Source: the human T2T-CHM13v2.0 reference genome, Homo sapiens
Length of the DNA: 64,000 nucleotides
Direction: 5' to 3' (one strand)
NCBI RefSeq assembly: GCF_009914755.1
Contig: NC_060940.1
The translations under genes and the position numbers were made by a program. Within the stretch, counting starts at the first letter, position 1. Each line of letters begins with the position of its first letter. The notes under the pieces are model-generated. The model saw nothing but the letters and a program-made list of their open reading frames with translations, ran no database searches and had not been told where the DNA came from. Below are positions 44,245 to 60,009 of this stretch, piece by piece.

Positions 44245-45477
44245 TCAGACAACACAACTCCTAACCAGAAATCTTCTAACCAATCTAGTACTTTTTAAAA
44301 ATAAATACATACAATTTTTTTTAAAAAAATTAAAGCAGAATATTCCAATGTGTGAAGAAAAACCATTGTTAAGAATTACTGATAGATGGTCAGTGGGTCT
44401 CCACGTCGGCGCTTGTATAACAGGCAATTTTGGCAATGCTTGACTTTCTCCTTAAACTGACTTTAGAACCAGCACCTCTGGAAGCTGCCACGCTACTACA
44501 GACTCCTCATAAACTGTTGCCCTGGAGAATTGTAGGCAGAGGGGCTAAAAGCCTAAACCTTGCTTAGCCACTGTGCCCCTTCCTCTCCTTGCCTTGCTAT
44601 ATATAAAATAGAACAGAAAGACACCAGGGAATAATCCAAGAATTCCAAAAAGTAAATTCATCTGTCCTTACAGGAAAAGTGACCCTTGCAGAAGTCACGC
44701 AGCAGAGCTCATCTAGCTATGGCTGTGAGGTAGAGGAGGGAACCTGGAGAGACACTATAAAATGTAGGGGTGTGGGAAGTGGGCTCTGGAATAGGCTGCT
44801 GTCCCCCAAGTGATCACTTGCAGGCCATCAGATCTCAGGCCAGAGACTCGATCCACCCTGATCTTCTGTCTCTGTAAAATGGGGATAATCAGAATACCAA
44901 CCTCGCAGGAGGTTGGAGAGGACCAAATGAGATGATACCCCAAAGCACTTAGCTCCAGGGAAACATGCAATCAATGTGAGCTCATGTTACTGGGATAATT
45001 CAAGCTCCCCTTCTCCCGCCAGGTTCCTGGCTGGCTGCTGAGGTTTCACTCTCCCTGGAAAGACAGGAGAGCTGAGTTTTGAGCAGTGAGATCAAATTTC
45101 CCACTGCGATTTAGCCCACCCCGCCCCACCCACAGGAATGCCCAGCTAGAGCCACAGATGCCTCAGCATCACTGCTTTCCTGTTCCCACTACAGTGCAGG
45201 GATGGTGTCCCTAAATGTGGGACTATTTGGAGGTGACAGCCAAGGGGCTCAGCTTCTGTGCCAGCTCATCTCCCTCTCACCCTCCTATTCCCCATGATCA
45301 CCCCAAAAGAGAAAGGCTAGGAGATCTCTGCAGAAGAAGCAGACACTAACCCCAGTAAAATCTATATCTTCGGCAACTCTGCAGAAAGGTGACTCCTCTC
45401 CTCCATCTTTCCCTAATAAAAACATGATGATGATGATGATGTGTAAAATAGGACAATGAGTGTGAAACACTTGAAGT

Positions 45478-46047
<570 letters not shown>

Positions 46048-47266
46048 AGTTTTCTCTAAGTACTAGGAAAAGGGTTTTTCCACTAGACCCAGGACAGCAC
46101 ACATGTGGAACACCTGCCCCAGCTCCTCTATCTTGCACCCACCATAGATATTGCCAACTGATCGGGGTTCTTTCTCTAAATTGGCACAGATGCAGCTTCA
46201 AAAGTCTCAACAGCGAGGGTTAAAATCTTGGGTTTCTCTGTTCTGGTCCATAGAACTTCCCTGCAAGCACCTGGACATGACACACACACACACACACACA
46301 CTCCTGCGCACACACTTGAGGATGTGCCCAATGTGAGCAGGAAAGGCCACCCTTCACTGAGCCCAAGTGGCATCTGGCACAGTGCCGGGTATCCCACATA
46401 CTGGCTCCCCTTCCATCCTCCCAGGCCCCCTCAGAGGGAGCCCTTAAAATCCTCACTTTTCTGGTGAGGAAACAAAGCCCCAGGGAGCCACAGCATTTGT
46501 CCAGATGCCAGCCACGGACTCCCAGGCCAGGGCAGATGTTTCCAAGCATGGCTTCAGCTCAAAGGCAAAACAGGGAAGGGAAGGAAAAAGGGGAGCCGTG
46601 AACACCCAGCCATTCACCCCTCGTTCTGTCCTGGTCCAGCCCAGCCATGGGGTAGGAAAAGAAAAGGAAACTGAATATCACAAAGCCACCTGATGTGGCA
46701 ATGTTAGTGGAAAGCCAGAATCAGGAACTGAGAAGAACTGAAGACAACATCGCAAAGGCAGGAACCCACGTGAATTAAAACAATGTCTTTTTTCTTCTTC
46801 TAAAACAGTCCCTCGCAGCTCTGTCAGAAGAGGAGCCAAGCCTGGGTACGTTGGCAGCCCCGGGGGACTGAGGAGAGCGTGCCCTGCCACAGCCTGCCCC
46901 TCTGTGCTGGTCCCACGTGGGTGAGGAGACAGACGCCAGCCTGGCCCAGGTCCCTCACGTCCTTCCCCACCACCCTGCACCAGAACTGTCTGGCACTGGA
47001 GGCTTTTACAGATGTTTCCTCAGCTCCTGCCTGAAAGTCAGGGCTTTACTGACCCATTTCAAAGAAGGAAGAATAGAGTCCCAAATAAGAGAAATAGCTC
47101 ACCTGGGGGCCCAGACGAGGCGGCAAAAGCAGACTCAGAACCCGGCATTCTAGCTTTCAGGCCCTGGAATACTCCTGGACAATGCTGCCCACCTCTGAAT
47201 AAGCAGTGAAGTGCAACTGAGCCCTCACCTGTGCCACACACTGTGATGTGCACTTCGGTTGCACAA

Positions 47267-47452
47267 AGTAATTCTCAGAATATAGTTTCCAGACCAGCAA
47301 TAGCAGCATTACCTAGGAGCTTGTTGGAAATGCAGAATCCCAGACCCCATCCCAGACCTACAAAATCAGAATATCTGAGGGTGGGACTCAGGAATCTGTG
47401 TTTTTGCAAAACCAACAAATGACTTTGATGCGTGCTTAAGTTTGAGAACCTA
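47267..47452. mobile_element. MER5A
   Basis: accagcaatagcagcattacctaggagcttgttggaaatgcagaat...aagtttgagaacc. Confidence 0.85.
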
Positions 47453-47554
47453 TGAGTAAGTACATTTATTAACCCCATTTTACAGATGAGAAAACTAAGG
47501 TTAAGCAATTTGTCAAAAGTCATGGAGCTAGGATGGGGTATAGCCAGGACTGGA

Positions 47555-47848
<294 letters not shown>

Positions 47849-48096
47849 TGGGAGTAGAATTCTTAACCCCTTGATTTTACTTCGGCCTCCAACAGGCAGC
47901 AGGTCTGGTTCCAGATTGAGTAGGATCAGTCAACATAGGACTGGACTCTCACTCTCTCTCACTCTGCCCCGCTCCCATGATCCTTAAGATCCTTAGGTCC
48001 CTCCCTGTGCCAGCCCCAGGAGACCCTAAGAAGAGGAGAGTTCATCTCTTGGGTCTCCCTAGGCACTCAAGGTCCTTGGGGTGAAACCATGAGAGA

Positions 48097-48260
48097 CAAT
48101 GGTGTGCTGGTCAATGTCTAACAGGGGGCTATCCAGGAGAACAAGAGGCTCTGGTTTGTAGGGTTTGCCACTTTCTGCAGTGTAAATGCCCCCACTGCAG
48201 CCAACATCAAGCTACCAAACAGGACACTGCTGAGCAGAATAAATGTGCACGATCAGCGCA
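48097..48260. mobile_element. MER63-like hAT fragment
   Basis: ggtgtgctggtcaatgtctaac...ggtttgtagggtttgccactttctgcagtgtaaat...caagctacc. Confidence 0.6.
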
Positions 48261-48675
48261 CCATGGGACAAAGGCACAGTGTCACAGGAGGAGGAGGAAG
48301 GAGAGAAGGGGCTTTGGCAGCCTAGGACGCTGCAGAGACCCCAGCTCTCCCACCCACCCCACCTGCCCTGCCTAGGCTTTGCCCCTATGTTCCAAATATG
48401 TCAGAAACACAGAATTCACTCCAAGTGGCCCTTTGCTTATTGTTTCCTAGAACAAACGTCTCTTTCTTTCTGTAAAAGTTTCTGACATAAGTAATCCATG
48501 TACAACGTAGAAAACTAGGGAATACATGTGAGTTAAAATGAAGAAAGTAAAAGCACAACTTTCCAGTATGTAAATACATTGTTACAACATTAAAAACAGG
48601 TAGTGCTCTGTATTCCGCTTTTCTAACTCAGCAGTACCCAGTGAACATCCTTTCACATCAAAAACAGAGACCAAG

Positions 48676-48984
48676 GACCAGCCCGATGGCTCACACTTGC
48701 AATTCCAGGGTTTTGGGAGGCCAAGGTGGGAGGATCACTTGAGGCCAGGAGTTCGAGACCAGCCTAGGCAACATATCGAGATTCCGTCTCTACAGAAAAA
48801 TAAAAAAAAAATTAGCTGGGCATGGTGGCATGCATGTGTAGTCGCAGCTACTCAGGAGGCTGAGGCAGGAGGATCACTTGAGCCCAGGAAGTCAAGGCTG
48901 CAGTGAGTTATGATGGCACCACTGCACTCTAGCCTGAGTGACACAGCCAGACCTTGTCTCAAAAAAATAAAAAATAAAAAAAAA
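48676..48984 (+). mobile_element. AluJ
   Basis: TSD aaaac(a/g)gagaccaa. Confidence 0.92.
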
Positions 48985-49633
48985 CGGAGACCAACACTAT
49001 TATCAATGATGGCCTGAGTCCCATCACAGGAGGCTCCAAATAACCAATATCCTGTTGCTGGATAGCCAGGCTATTTCCAGCTGTCTCCTCCTGTAAGAGA
49101 ATCCACGCTGCAACACATGTATGGTCACAAGCCTGTTCGATAATATTCCTTAGGTCAGAAGCTTGATTGCTAGGACAAAGAGTGTACCCATTTTTAGGCT
49201 TTTGGGATACACTACCAGGAGGCATTTGGCTATTTCCTCCTTTAACAAGCACTGAGCACCTCTAGGCTACCTAGAAGTCTGCGCTAGGTAGCATGAGAGA
49301 GATGAGAAAAGGAAGCTGGGTTTTGACCTTCAACCACTAGATGGTGAATCCACAGTGACAAGTGTTACCCATCACTGTGCCCCTTCAAGGGCTGGCACAC
49401 AGGAGCTGAGTGAGTGAATGAATGAACAAACTACGGTATGCTGGAGGTTGCTAAATGCATCCCAAACTCAGAACAAGACAAAACCAAGTAGAGGACCTGG
49501 AGTGCAGACACAAGGGAGGGGCAGGGAGCTAGGGAAGGGGAAAGGCAGAGCTCAAGGTGGGGTCTCTGTCTCCATAGCCATAGCCCCAGAGCAGACTCAG
49601 GGGTGGGGAACCGGCCCAGGGCTAGGATGAGTT

Positions 49634-49932
<299 letters not shown>

Positions 49933-50266
49933 TTCAGATGAGTTTCTACTTCAATCAGAGTTAAAATTCTGATTTTTTTACACTAATATGCAAATCCCAT
50001 TTTCAGGAAGAATGATAATTGTGGACAAAATCTTAAAAGTCCATGGGTCTCTTTTTTAATGTAAGCAAGTTTTCCTGCTCAAAAGTAAAGTTCAGAAAAA
50101 AATCTAATCAAATTGAATTTAACTAAGCAAAGAAATCAATACTAGAGGAAATCTAGGTAGCCTCGCCCCACCCAGTCTAGCATCACCTGGGATCCGGCTT
50201 ATGAGGAGACCTGGGAACAGGCCCAGGGCTTCCAGCTTCTCATCCATGTCCCCAGAGTCAGCCTGA

Positions 50267-50859
<593 letters not shown>

Positions 50860-51619
50860 GATCCCACAGCATTATATGTTGCCCACAACCATACTCTCAG
50901 CCCCTTTAGGGAAAGTCTCTCCATCTCCTCTTTCTCCCACCTTCCAGTTCACTTGGCAGCAGACTGTGCACATCAGAGACACTAGAGACAACCATCACAT
51001 ACCTGTAGTGAGAACACACTGAGCCACCTCTTCGCACGTTACCACGTTCATGCTGATACTCCCAATGGCCCTACAAAAGCAGGTACTCATCTTACAGGTG
51101 GAAAAACCAGGGGCTAAACTAATTTTTTTAAGTGGACCAAATTATGGAAGCAGAGGGAGATGGAGCCCAGATTTGAAGCTGGGTCTACATGGCTCTGAAG
51201 TTCACCAGGCCATCCTGCCTCTCTCGGCCCCTTCAAAACAAACAGTAATTAACTGGCCAAACTTCCCAGATTGCCTGTACCTTCTCAAAATAAGGCAAAG
51301 CTCGCCAGGCAGGTAAGGGTTGAAATGACTCCTTTTTTCTGAACCCTCCAGTGACCAGTCTGCAGAGGTCAGTATTGGGTGTGCCAGCCCACGTTGATCA
51401 TAAACTCCACCTGTTGCTTGCTGTGTAACCTTGGGTAATGGACTCTTCGAGTCTTTATTTCCACATCTATAAAATGGGGATTTAAAAAATTCCATTTATT
51501 TTAAAGACAAAGTGAAATAACACAGGTAAAGATCTCAGCTTAGTGCCTGGCGTCCAACGAGCAACACGAAATAGGATGATTGCTTCTGTGCCCCCAGCCA
51601 GTCCATCCAGGGTTGCAAT

Positions 51620-51935
51620 GTGTGCGGAAAATTCCCTTTCTGGGGAACCGCCTGCCTGGACCTTAACAGGGAGGGCCCCCGGCCTCCCGGGCTGCCCTCT
51701 CGTTTAATCCCATCTCTCCCTGAGGTTAATCTCCTCGTTCATACATGTATTTCATTTCATACAGTCATCTCTGCATGGTCTCGTTAACCAGAAACGTGCA
51801 GCATATAAACGTGGATTTACAATGGGGTCTGGCTCCTGCATCCTGTTTCGGGGGCAACACTGGGCTCTCGCCCACCAGCTGGGAAATGCTGATGGAAGGT
51901 GGTGGAGCGGGGGGCACCCCAGCCCCCCAGGGAGG
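51620..51935. promoter_or_regulatory. Putative conserved non-coding element
   Basis: Unique sequence retaining CpGs; TAATCC/TAATCT, gatttac, EBF-like ccccaggga. Confidence 0.4.
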
Positions 51936-52443
51936 GGCCACACAACAGCCCACACAACCGCCAGATGAAAGTGGCAGCCTGTACTTCAGGAACCTGACAG
52001 TGGGCACATCAGCCTGGGGCCCAGCCCCTCACTCAGGGTATGGTACAGAGGACCCACATCTGCCCAGGTCTGTTTGCTGTTTCGGGTGGAAAGGAAGAAG
52101 CAGGTAAGATCGGCACCCCACTCTCTTTCCTTCTTTCCACTTTCATTTGAAGAAAAAGCACTATAAAGTAGAAACTAATGTTTTTTTACAACCCCTTAAC
52201 AGCTTGTCCTCTGTGCTAACATACTGTAAATAAATGTCAGTTCCTGGTTATACATGTGGTTTATTTTAAACACGAGCAGAGGAAACTGAGTCTGTCATTG
52301 AAAACTGATTTGTGTATGTATGACGTGTGTGTGTGTGCTTCCATCTGGTTCTGAACACACAGATCACCCATCCATCTCTCTTTTTACACATTGCTCTTCT
52401 TCCTCATACTTTTTTTGTGGTTAAAAAAAAAAAATGCACAGCA

Positions 52444-52794
<351 letters not shown>

Positions 52795-52846
52795 CTAACT
52801 CCACACACATTATCTTCCTTCTCTTTCATATTAAAAGCCCAAGCCA

Positions 52847-53150
52847 GGCCGGGGGCGGTGGCTCACGCCTGTAATTCCAGCACTTTGGGAGGCTGAGGCA
52901 GGCGGATCATGAGGTCAGGAGATCGAGACCATCCTGGCTAATGCGGTGAAACCCCATCTCTACTAAAAATACAAAAAATTAGCCGGGCGTGGTGGCGGGC
53001 ACCTGTAGTCCTAGCTACTCGGGAGGCTGAGGCAGGAGAATGGCGTGAACCCGGGAGGCAGAGCTTGCAGTGAGTGGAGATAGCCCACTGCACTCCAGCC
53101 TAGGCGACAGAGCAATATTCCGTCTCAAAAAAAAAACAAAAAATACAAAA
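52847..53150 (+). mobile_element. AluY
   Basis: gagatcgagaccatcctggctaa, gaatggcgtgaacc, gagcttgcag; TSD taaaagcccaa. Confidence 0.95.
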
Positions 53151-53751
53151 TAAAAGCCCAAACCTTCCACAGAAACGAACTGTAATGTCTGGTTCCAAAC
53201 ACTTTTTCATTCCACAAAGACACCCCGGGGTAGGGGCAAGCACAATACTTCACGGCTTAAGGAGTTTGTATTTTTAATGTCTGATTTGGGAGGGGGACAT
53301 TTCACTGGCACAGATGTGCTCCCGACTTGGCCCCATTGCCCACCCACTGTGGGGAGCTTGCATGTGGAAAAGGCCTTTGGGGGACCCCAGGCAGCTCCAC
53401 CTGGCAGCTGGTCCCACCAAGGCAGGCCCTCCCTAATCCAAACCTGCCTGCCATCCCAAGACAACCCCAAAACCTTCACTAAGCATGCCAACCATCCCAG
53501 GGGCCGTGACAGGGTCTGCCTGGGCACAGGCTCCAGAGCAGCAACTCAGCCTCTCCACTGTCCCTGCCCCGGGGCTGGCAGGGACCTCCCCAGACAACTC
53601 CTGCCAGGAGGACACACCTCTGGCACTCAGAGTCACGGGATGCTTTTCTTCCCATCAACTCCCTGCTTTTTCTTACATTCCTTTTTTTCTAGCTTCTCCC
53701 TAAGCAGCGTTACTCAAGAAATCACACATTTGGTGTGCTAGTAACAATTTT

Positions 53752-54058
53752 TCTTTCTTTTTTTTTTTCTTTTATAGGGACAAAATCTTGCTCTGTCACC
53801 AAGGCTGGAGTGCAGTGGCTGCATCATAGCTAAGTGCAGCTTCGAGCTCCTGGGCTCAAACCATCCTCCCACCATAGCCTCCTGAGTAGCTGGGACTACA
53901 GATGTGCACTACCACACCTACCTAATTTTTTAATTTTTTGTAGAGACAGGGTTTTACCATGTTGTCTAGGCTGGTCTTGAACTCCTGGCCTCAAGCAATT
54001 CTCCTGCCTTGGCCCCTGGAAGCACTGGGATTACAGATGTGAGCCATTATGCCAGGCC
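53752..54058 (-). mobile_element. AluJ
   Basis: J-type dimer. Confidence 0.9.
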
Positions 54059-56649
54059 CAATTTTTCTAATAGACAATAAAATAAACATAAGAAGTAACA
54101 TGTTCCTAACAGATGAAGGAATAAATATATATAAGTATGAAGAAAAGAGAACCATTCACCTATCAGCCACCTGAATCCCACAAGCCTCCGGTGCAATGTC
54201 CCATTTTGGGGACAGTGGGCATGAGAAGTGCTGGGCACCTCTGATAAAGAGGTGCATGTCAGTTGTCCTAAATGGATCTCCGGGAACCCACTCAGCCCAC
54301 TGGAGTTCAGCAAGGGCTGAGTGTTGCATGCCAAGGGCAGTGCTGGGCAGAGGACAGTGGGAGGGGCGGGGGACATGCTGGCTACACACTCTGGCAAGCA
54401 GTGAAGTACTCCCAAAACCTGTGGCTCATCCACCCCCCAGGGCCGTTAGCAGAGGGGTGGAGAGGGGTGGAAATCACGACAAGTGTGACTATTTCCCAAG
54501 TGCACCTGACCACCTGCCCCCATGGCCCAGGGACTCCAGCTGTGCATTCCCTACGCACACCAGACAGGGCCAGAGAGACCCACCAGGCTGCGGCAAGGCT
54601 CAGGGGAAGCCAAGCCAGAAGACACGGCCTCAGAAAGGTTCAGCAATGGGAAAGGATACCACTGAGGGCCAGAGCCCCTGGCAGGAGGCACGTCCCCGAG
54701 CAGGGGGCACACTGAGCCCTTCCTGCCCCAACCACATCTGTCTCATCCCATAGCCCTGCACGGCCCCACACTTGCCAGATGTGGCCACCCGTAGGGACCA
54801 AGTTCATTTTCCGCGTGTCCTGCGATAATACTTGGTTGTGTTTATTTAACTTTCTGCTTCGAATGGCGGAGAGATGGGCCAGGAAAATCAGTTTGGCTCC
54901 CTTCGATCAAAACATAGCGGCCCACACATAATGCGAGGACACCCACACAGAGAAGCTCTCCCACACCATCAGAAAAAGCACATCTGGTCCACGGCTGGCA
55001 GGGGCCGGCCCGGCCCTGGGGGCCCTTGGAAAAGCTGCCTCGTGCAAAGCGGCATAGGCTGCAGTGGTCCCATGCTCTGTGTGTCACCCACACTGCTATG
55101 CTCCAGCGGGCGGCAGCAGGTTCAATCTCCCCACCCAGGCAGAGAGGTCTCAGAGAAGCCTTGTGTTCCACTACACACAAGCCAGTGCAGCCTGTGTGTA
55201 GTGGAACTCACACCCAGGTCCTGCTGGTCCTGGAACCCCCAAGAAGGCGAGAGGGGGACTTTGGGGAAAAGGAGAATCCGAGAGAAAGGTCCCAGAGGCT
55301 CCGCTCTGCACCTGCGAGAACAGATGTGGCTGCCTCATCCTCCCATAGCAGACCACATGCTGGCTCCCAGAGGGGAGAGGTGGGGACCCCCGGGTGGGTT
55401 AGCACAGCTGGTAAAAGCATTCCTGCTCCCACTTCTGATGGCCTCCAAAGTGCCTCCACCAAGCCCTGAGGCATCTGAAGCCTGCTCCTGAGACTGGAAA
55501 CAAAGACACCAGGGGGTCTGGGGCTGGAGGGTCCACCCGGGAGCTCTTAGCAGGACACCAGGGGAAGCCTTATGAACCGCATGAGAGTGAGAGCTCGCCC
55601 AGCTGTCAGGACCCAGGCCCCCAGCCTGCGCCCACCCATTTTTTCCTCCCACCCCCAGCTCCTTCCCTCGAGGACAGGGGCAACCATGTGTCAAAGGTCT
55701 GCCCAGGCCCCATTTCCTGCTGACAGCACCCCTTCCCCACTCTTTGGCCTGGGGATATGCACACTGAAGGCTTGGTCCACCCTTGGGAAGACAAACACAG
55801 GGAGAGGCCCCAGAGGTCCAGGGTGGTCTGGGGTCGGGGAGGCTGGGGGAGTCCTGGCACCTGGAGATAATCTAGAAGAAAGAACACGTTCCCAGACTCA
55901 CAGACTCCTCACCCCAAAGAGGACAGCCAGAGAGGGGCCTCTGCCAGCCCCTTGCCCCCAGCCCTGCCACACACCCTTCTTACCTCCTGATGCTCCAAGC
56001 CATGCACCCACCTGCTCCCTTCCAGGCAACCACCTTCCTGTCTCAGGACCTCTGCCACTGCTGCTCTCATTACCCAAAACACCCCTGCCATGTTGGAGGC
56101 CCCCACCAGACCTCTGCTATCCAAGAGGCCTTCCCAGATCCCTGGATAAACAGACGCCTCCTTCTCTGGTCCCCATAATCCTCTCTGAGGGCCCGACTCA
56201 GCTGAGACCCCTGGGCGCATCAGGGTCCCCTATGCTGTGAGCTCCCTGAGGGACAGCCCCACCCTGTTCCTCCTCCTTGCCCCTCACTCCCAGCTCAGGG
56301 CCTCGTCTCCACAGACAACTGCCATGAGTTGATTAAAATGAATTCATCGCAAGCCCTTTGCTTTGTTACTTTTTTAATCTTCCAGATTATAGGAAAAATA
56401 AATAAATACAGGTGAGTACTCAGGGAAAAATAAAACCACCTATAATGCCCCTCTCGGAAATGCCATGGGTATTTGAGGGCAGTCGGCCCTACCGGACACT
56501 TTCTGTGCATTTACACTTTCTCTCCTTCAACACAAATGGGACCTGGGGCATGTCTGAGTGGTCTTGAGGCCCTCGGGGTGTGCAGGGCAGCGCTGAGAGT
56601 CCGGCCACAAGAAGTTCACGGGCCCACGAGGATGTGGCTAAGGAGGGGC

Positions 56650-56990
56650 ATCAGGGTAATGGGGGGTCTTGAAACCACATCTTGGGAGGGGAAGTGAAGG
56701 AACTGATGCTGTTCAGCCCAGAGGGGCAGGCTCAGGGGGCCCTCAGAGCTGTCTTCAGGCATCTGAAGGGCTGTCACAGAGAAGACAGACTGCGCTGGCT
56801 GTGTGGCCTCAAGGGGTCAAACCGGGACCAACCAGTGGAAGGCACTACAGAAAGATTTCAAGAAGAAACAGATGGGACGATTTCAAGAAGAAACAGATGG
56901 GACGCTATCAGCAGAGGCAATGAGGGGAGGTCTGCTTGGGGGTAGTGAGGCTCCCGGCATGGGAGGGGACCAAGCAGCGGTAGAGAGACC
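56650..56990 (+). mobile_element. L3/CR1 ORF2 3' fragment
   Basis: Translates EVKELMLFSPE...LRAVFRHLKGCH, resembling CR1 ORF2 ERLKELGLFSLE...IAVFKYLKG. Confidence 0.75.
56854..56903 (+). repeat. Perfect 25-bp tandem duplication
   Basis: gatttcaagaagaaacagatgggac x2. Confidence 0.95.
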
Positions 56991-57789
56991 CCCAAGAAAG
57001 TCAAGGCTCAGCTAGGAGAGGAGTTAGAGTTGGCCTTGATGGGATCTCAAATGATCGCAGGGGAAATAGGTAGGTACCAGAAATAAACACTGGGGGTGGA
57101 GGAGACAATGGCACCACTCTACCCCCAACCCAGCCCACGCTGCCACCCAGAGTGTGCTTAGCAGGGTCCCATTTTCTGGTTTCTCCAGGGAGGCCAGAGA
57201 TCTGAATATTTATAGGAACCATTCCAATTTTAAGACAGGCTGACCAAACTTCTAGCAGTCCAAATACAGTCCTTGCACTGCAGGCTGCCGACCCCCTGGT
57301 CAGACAAGGAGCTCACAGGGCAAACGAGGCTACTGAAAGAAAAGGGAGCCATTTCCGGGCCCAGAAGAGCAGCCATCCCCGCAGGACTGGAATGGGTTAA
57401 AGTCTGAGTTGGCTCTCTGCTGCTCCAGGACTACAGCTGGCCTCCTACCCCCACCCCCGCCCCCAGAGGCCCTGTCAGCTGCCCAGGCCCCGCCTGACCG
57501 CCCGCCTCAGCCACCCAGCCTGGAACCCCAGATCTGGGAACAGGGCAGCTGCCCTGAGGCTGGCCAGCCACCGCCAGCCAGAAAGAGATTCCGTTCCCCA
57601 TGCCCTGCTGAGAGCCATTTGCTCATCTGGGATGGATGCCACAGGGGCAGAGAAGCAGGCTCTGTCCCGCTCTCCTCTCCCCTTCCTCCTGCCCCTAGGC
57701 CTGTGACAGGGAGCAGACCTCTGGTGCCACCACAATCAAAACTCCGCTGAGCACCGGTGACTAGGCGGGGTGCTCCACACACAGAGCAC

Positions 57790-57960
57790 TTGTGTCACCT
57801 TCCTAGGGATCCTGCAGGGAGTCCTCAACCATCCTCATTGCACAGGCAAGAAAACCTATACTCAGAGAGGTTAAGACACTTGCTCACGGTCACACAGCCA
57901 GCAAGTGGCAGAGCTGGGATTCAAATCCAGACCTATGCAATTTAAAATCCCACACCAAGC
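57790..57960 (-). mobile_element. MIR
   Basis: ctcagagaggttaagacacttgctcacggtcacacagccagcaagtggcagagctgggattcaaatccag. Confidence 0.85.
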
Positions 57961-58108
57961 CACTGGGCTAGAGGGTCCTGGCTCTCCCACATCCACATTC
58001 CCCATCTACCTGGTTGTTTTCTAGAAGCTACAGGCACCTGCTGCCTGGCTGGCTATGAGAGGGGAGAGAGGGCATAGTCAACGCTACTGATAAAGGCTGG
58101 GATAAGGG

Positions 58109-58404
58109 GGCTGGGCATGGTGGCTCATGCCTGTAATCCCAGCACTCTAGGAGGCCAAAGTGGGTGGATCTTTGGAGGCCCAGGAGTTCAAGACCAGCCC
58201 AGGCAACATGATGAGCACATCTCTACAAAAAATACAAAAATTAGCCAGGTGTGGTGGCATGCGCTACTCAGGAGGCTAAGGTGGGAGGATCTCCTGAGCC
58301 TGTGAGTTCTAGGTTGTAGTGAGCTGTGATTGTGCCACTGCACTCCAGCCTGGGCAACAGCGTGAGATCCCATCTCAGAAAACCTAAATAAATGAATAAA
58401 TAAA
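58109..58404 (+). mobile_element. AluJ with internal deletions
   Basis: Dimer with (TAAA)n tail. Confidence 0.88.
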
Positions 58405-59199
58405 GTCCTGAAGCAGTACTGAAGTAGCTGATTTGGAATCATTTCTCACAGTCTGGAAAGTGAGAAAGGGTGAGGGGCTGTATGGTGTACTTCCATTTGT
58501 GTTGGGGAGGGGAGATAAATACACAAATTTTCATGTGTCTGAACACACGTAAATTGCCCTGGAACCAGACACAAGAAACTAGGACCAGCAGTGGCCTCCA
58601 GGGAGGACAGTGGGTGGCTGGGGGAGTTTCTAATTTTGCTCCTTGTGCATTCATTAGCAATTCGTGTGTTTAAAAGTGTGTGTGTGTTCTACTTAAACCC
58701 CCTGCCACACCACCAGGGGCACCCACACTTGCCTTGGGGTGCTGCATTTTTGCCTTCCCACCTTGGTCCACTCCCCTAGTTGTAGCCCTACTAGGCGGTG
58801 GGGCTTTGGGGAAGTTCTTGCTGCTCTCTCTCAACTCCCATTTCCCTGTGCGTATGAATGACATTAGACTGGACTTCCCCCAAATCCCCACCCACCCTGG
58901 TGCCCTACAGGTCTACCTTGGTGACTCCAACCCCACAGCCCAGAGCTGGCCTAACAGGCAACGGCGCACTTCACCCCCAGCCCACCCTGTGCCCCGACTC
59001 CAGGCAGCCAGAGCCTTCTGAGGTGGCAGGACAGGCCACCAGGAGAGCAGTGACAGCCAAGCAGACATGTTCATCCTCCAGGTATCCACTGCCCCAGCCT
59101 CGGATAACAGCAGCACCCCAATCGTGCCCTGAGGAACCGCCCCTAACCCTAACCTCAATGTGCCACCAGTCAAAATGCCCTGCCCTCCCCTGGGCCATG

Positions 59200-59760
59200 G
59201 CCCAGGCTCATGCTTGATCTGCCCAGGGATTGATCCTCAAGCAGAGCCACGCAGGAGACACGGGAGGTGACAAACTCCCGCCCCATGGCAGTTCCCGGAA
59301 GAGAACATCCATTCCCTCTCGCTCCCGCATCTCCAGAGCTGCCCCAAGGCCTCCATCTCTCTGTGCATTCACACTGTTGGCTCCCCCTTGGCCTCCTGTT
59401 AAAGTCTCTTTTGGCTTAAGTTGTCCAGAGTTGGCTTCTGTCACCTGCACCACTGAACCCTGCTGGACAGGAAACCAGCACAGTGGCCGAGACAGCAGCT
59501 GAGACCATGGAGATGGTCCTGCCATTGCAGCTGACTCAGAAGCCACCCAGGAAAGGCCAAAAGCTCTTTGGACAGGGGCCAGGGGTCCACATCCGCCCCC
59601 CAACTCCTATAAATGCCTTGGAGAACCGGGAGGCCCCAGGTGGGCTCCTGCAGAAGAAGCTGGAAAAAGAAAACAAGCAGCTCCTTCCTCAAGGACGTTA
59701 GCAGGATTTGCCGAACTCCCACTTTTTACTCCTGGAAAGCCCAGAGGACGCAGGAAGTGA
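59200..59760 (+). mobile_element. Old MLT1-type LTR fragments
   Basis: ttttggcttaagttgtccagagttggcttctgtcacctgca end; gaagctggaaaa motif. Confidence 0.45.
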
Positions 59761-60009
59761 CAGTTCCAGGGAAGGCGTGAGGTCGAAGGCTGTGGGCTGC
59801 CAGGGTCCAAGAGCCAGGCCCTGAGGAGCCGGGGCTTCGGAGACAGAAGGCCCTGGGTCAAGGCCACAAGCCCAGCCCTCAGCAGCAGTGGGACTCCAGA
59901 CGGGGCCTGTAATACTGAACCTTTTCAGGCATCACCTGTAAAATGGACATGATTCATCTGCCTTCCCGTGGGCTCTGGGGGGTGGGGGGATGACATCCCC
60001 GACATGTCC

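Noticed and set aside
54874-56240. 205-aa and 222-aa plus-strand ORFs
   Set aside because: No recognisable homology or exon structure; stop-poor GC-rich background.
58719-58742. GCACCC...GGGTGC inverted pair as a ZNF423 site
   Set aside because: Spacer is 12 nt rather than the 2 nt I recall for the consensus; no perfect palindrome found by eye.
59483-59701. Protein-looking 72-aa ORF (MEMVLPLQLTQKPPRK...)
   Set aside because: No recognisable homologue, and it overlaps probable MLT1-type LTR remnants.
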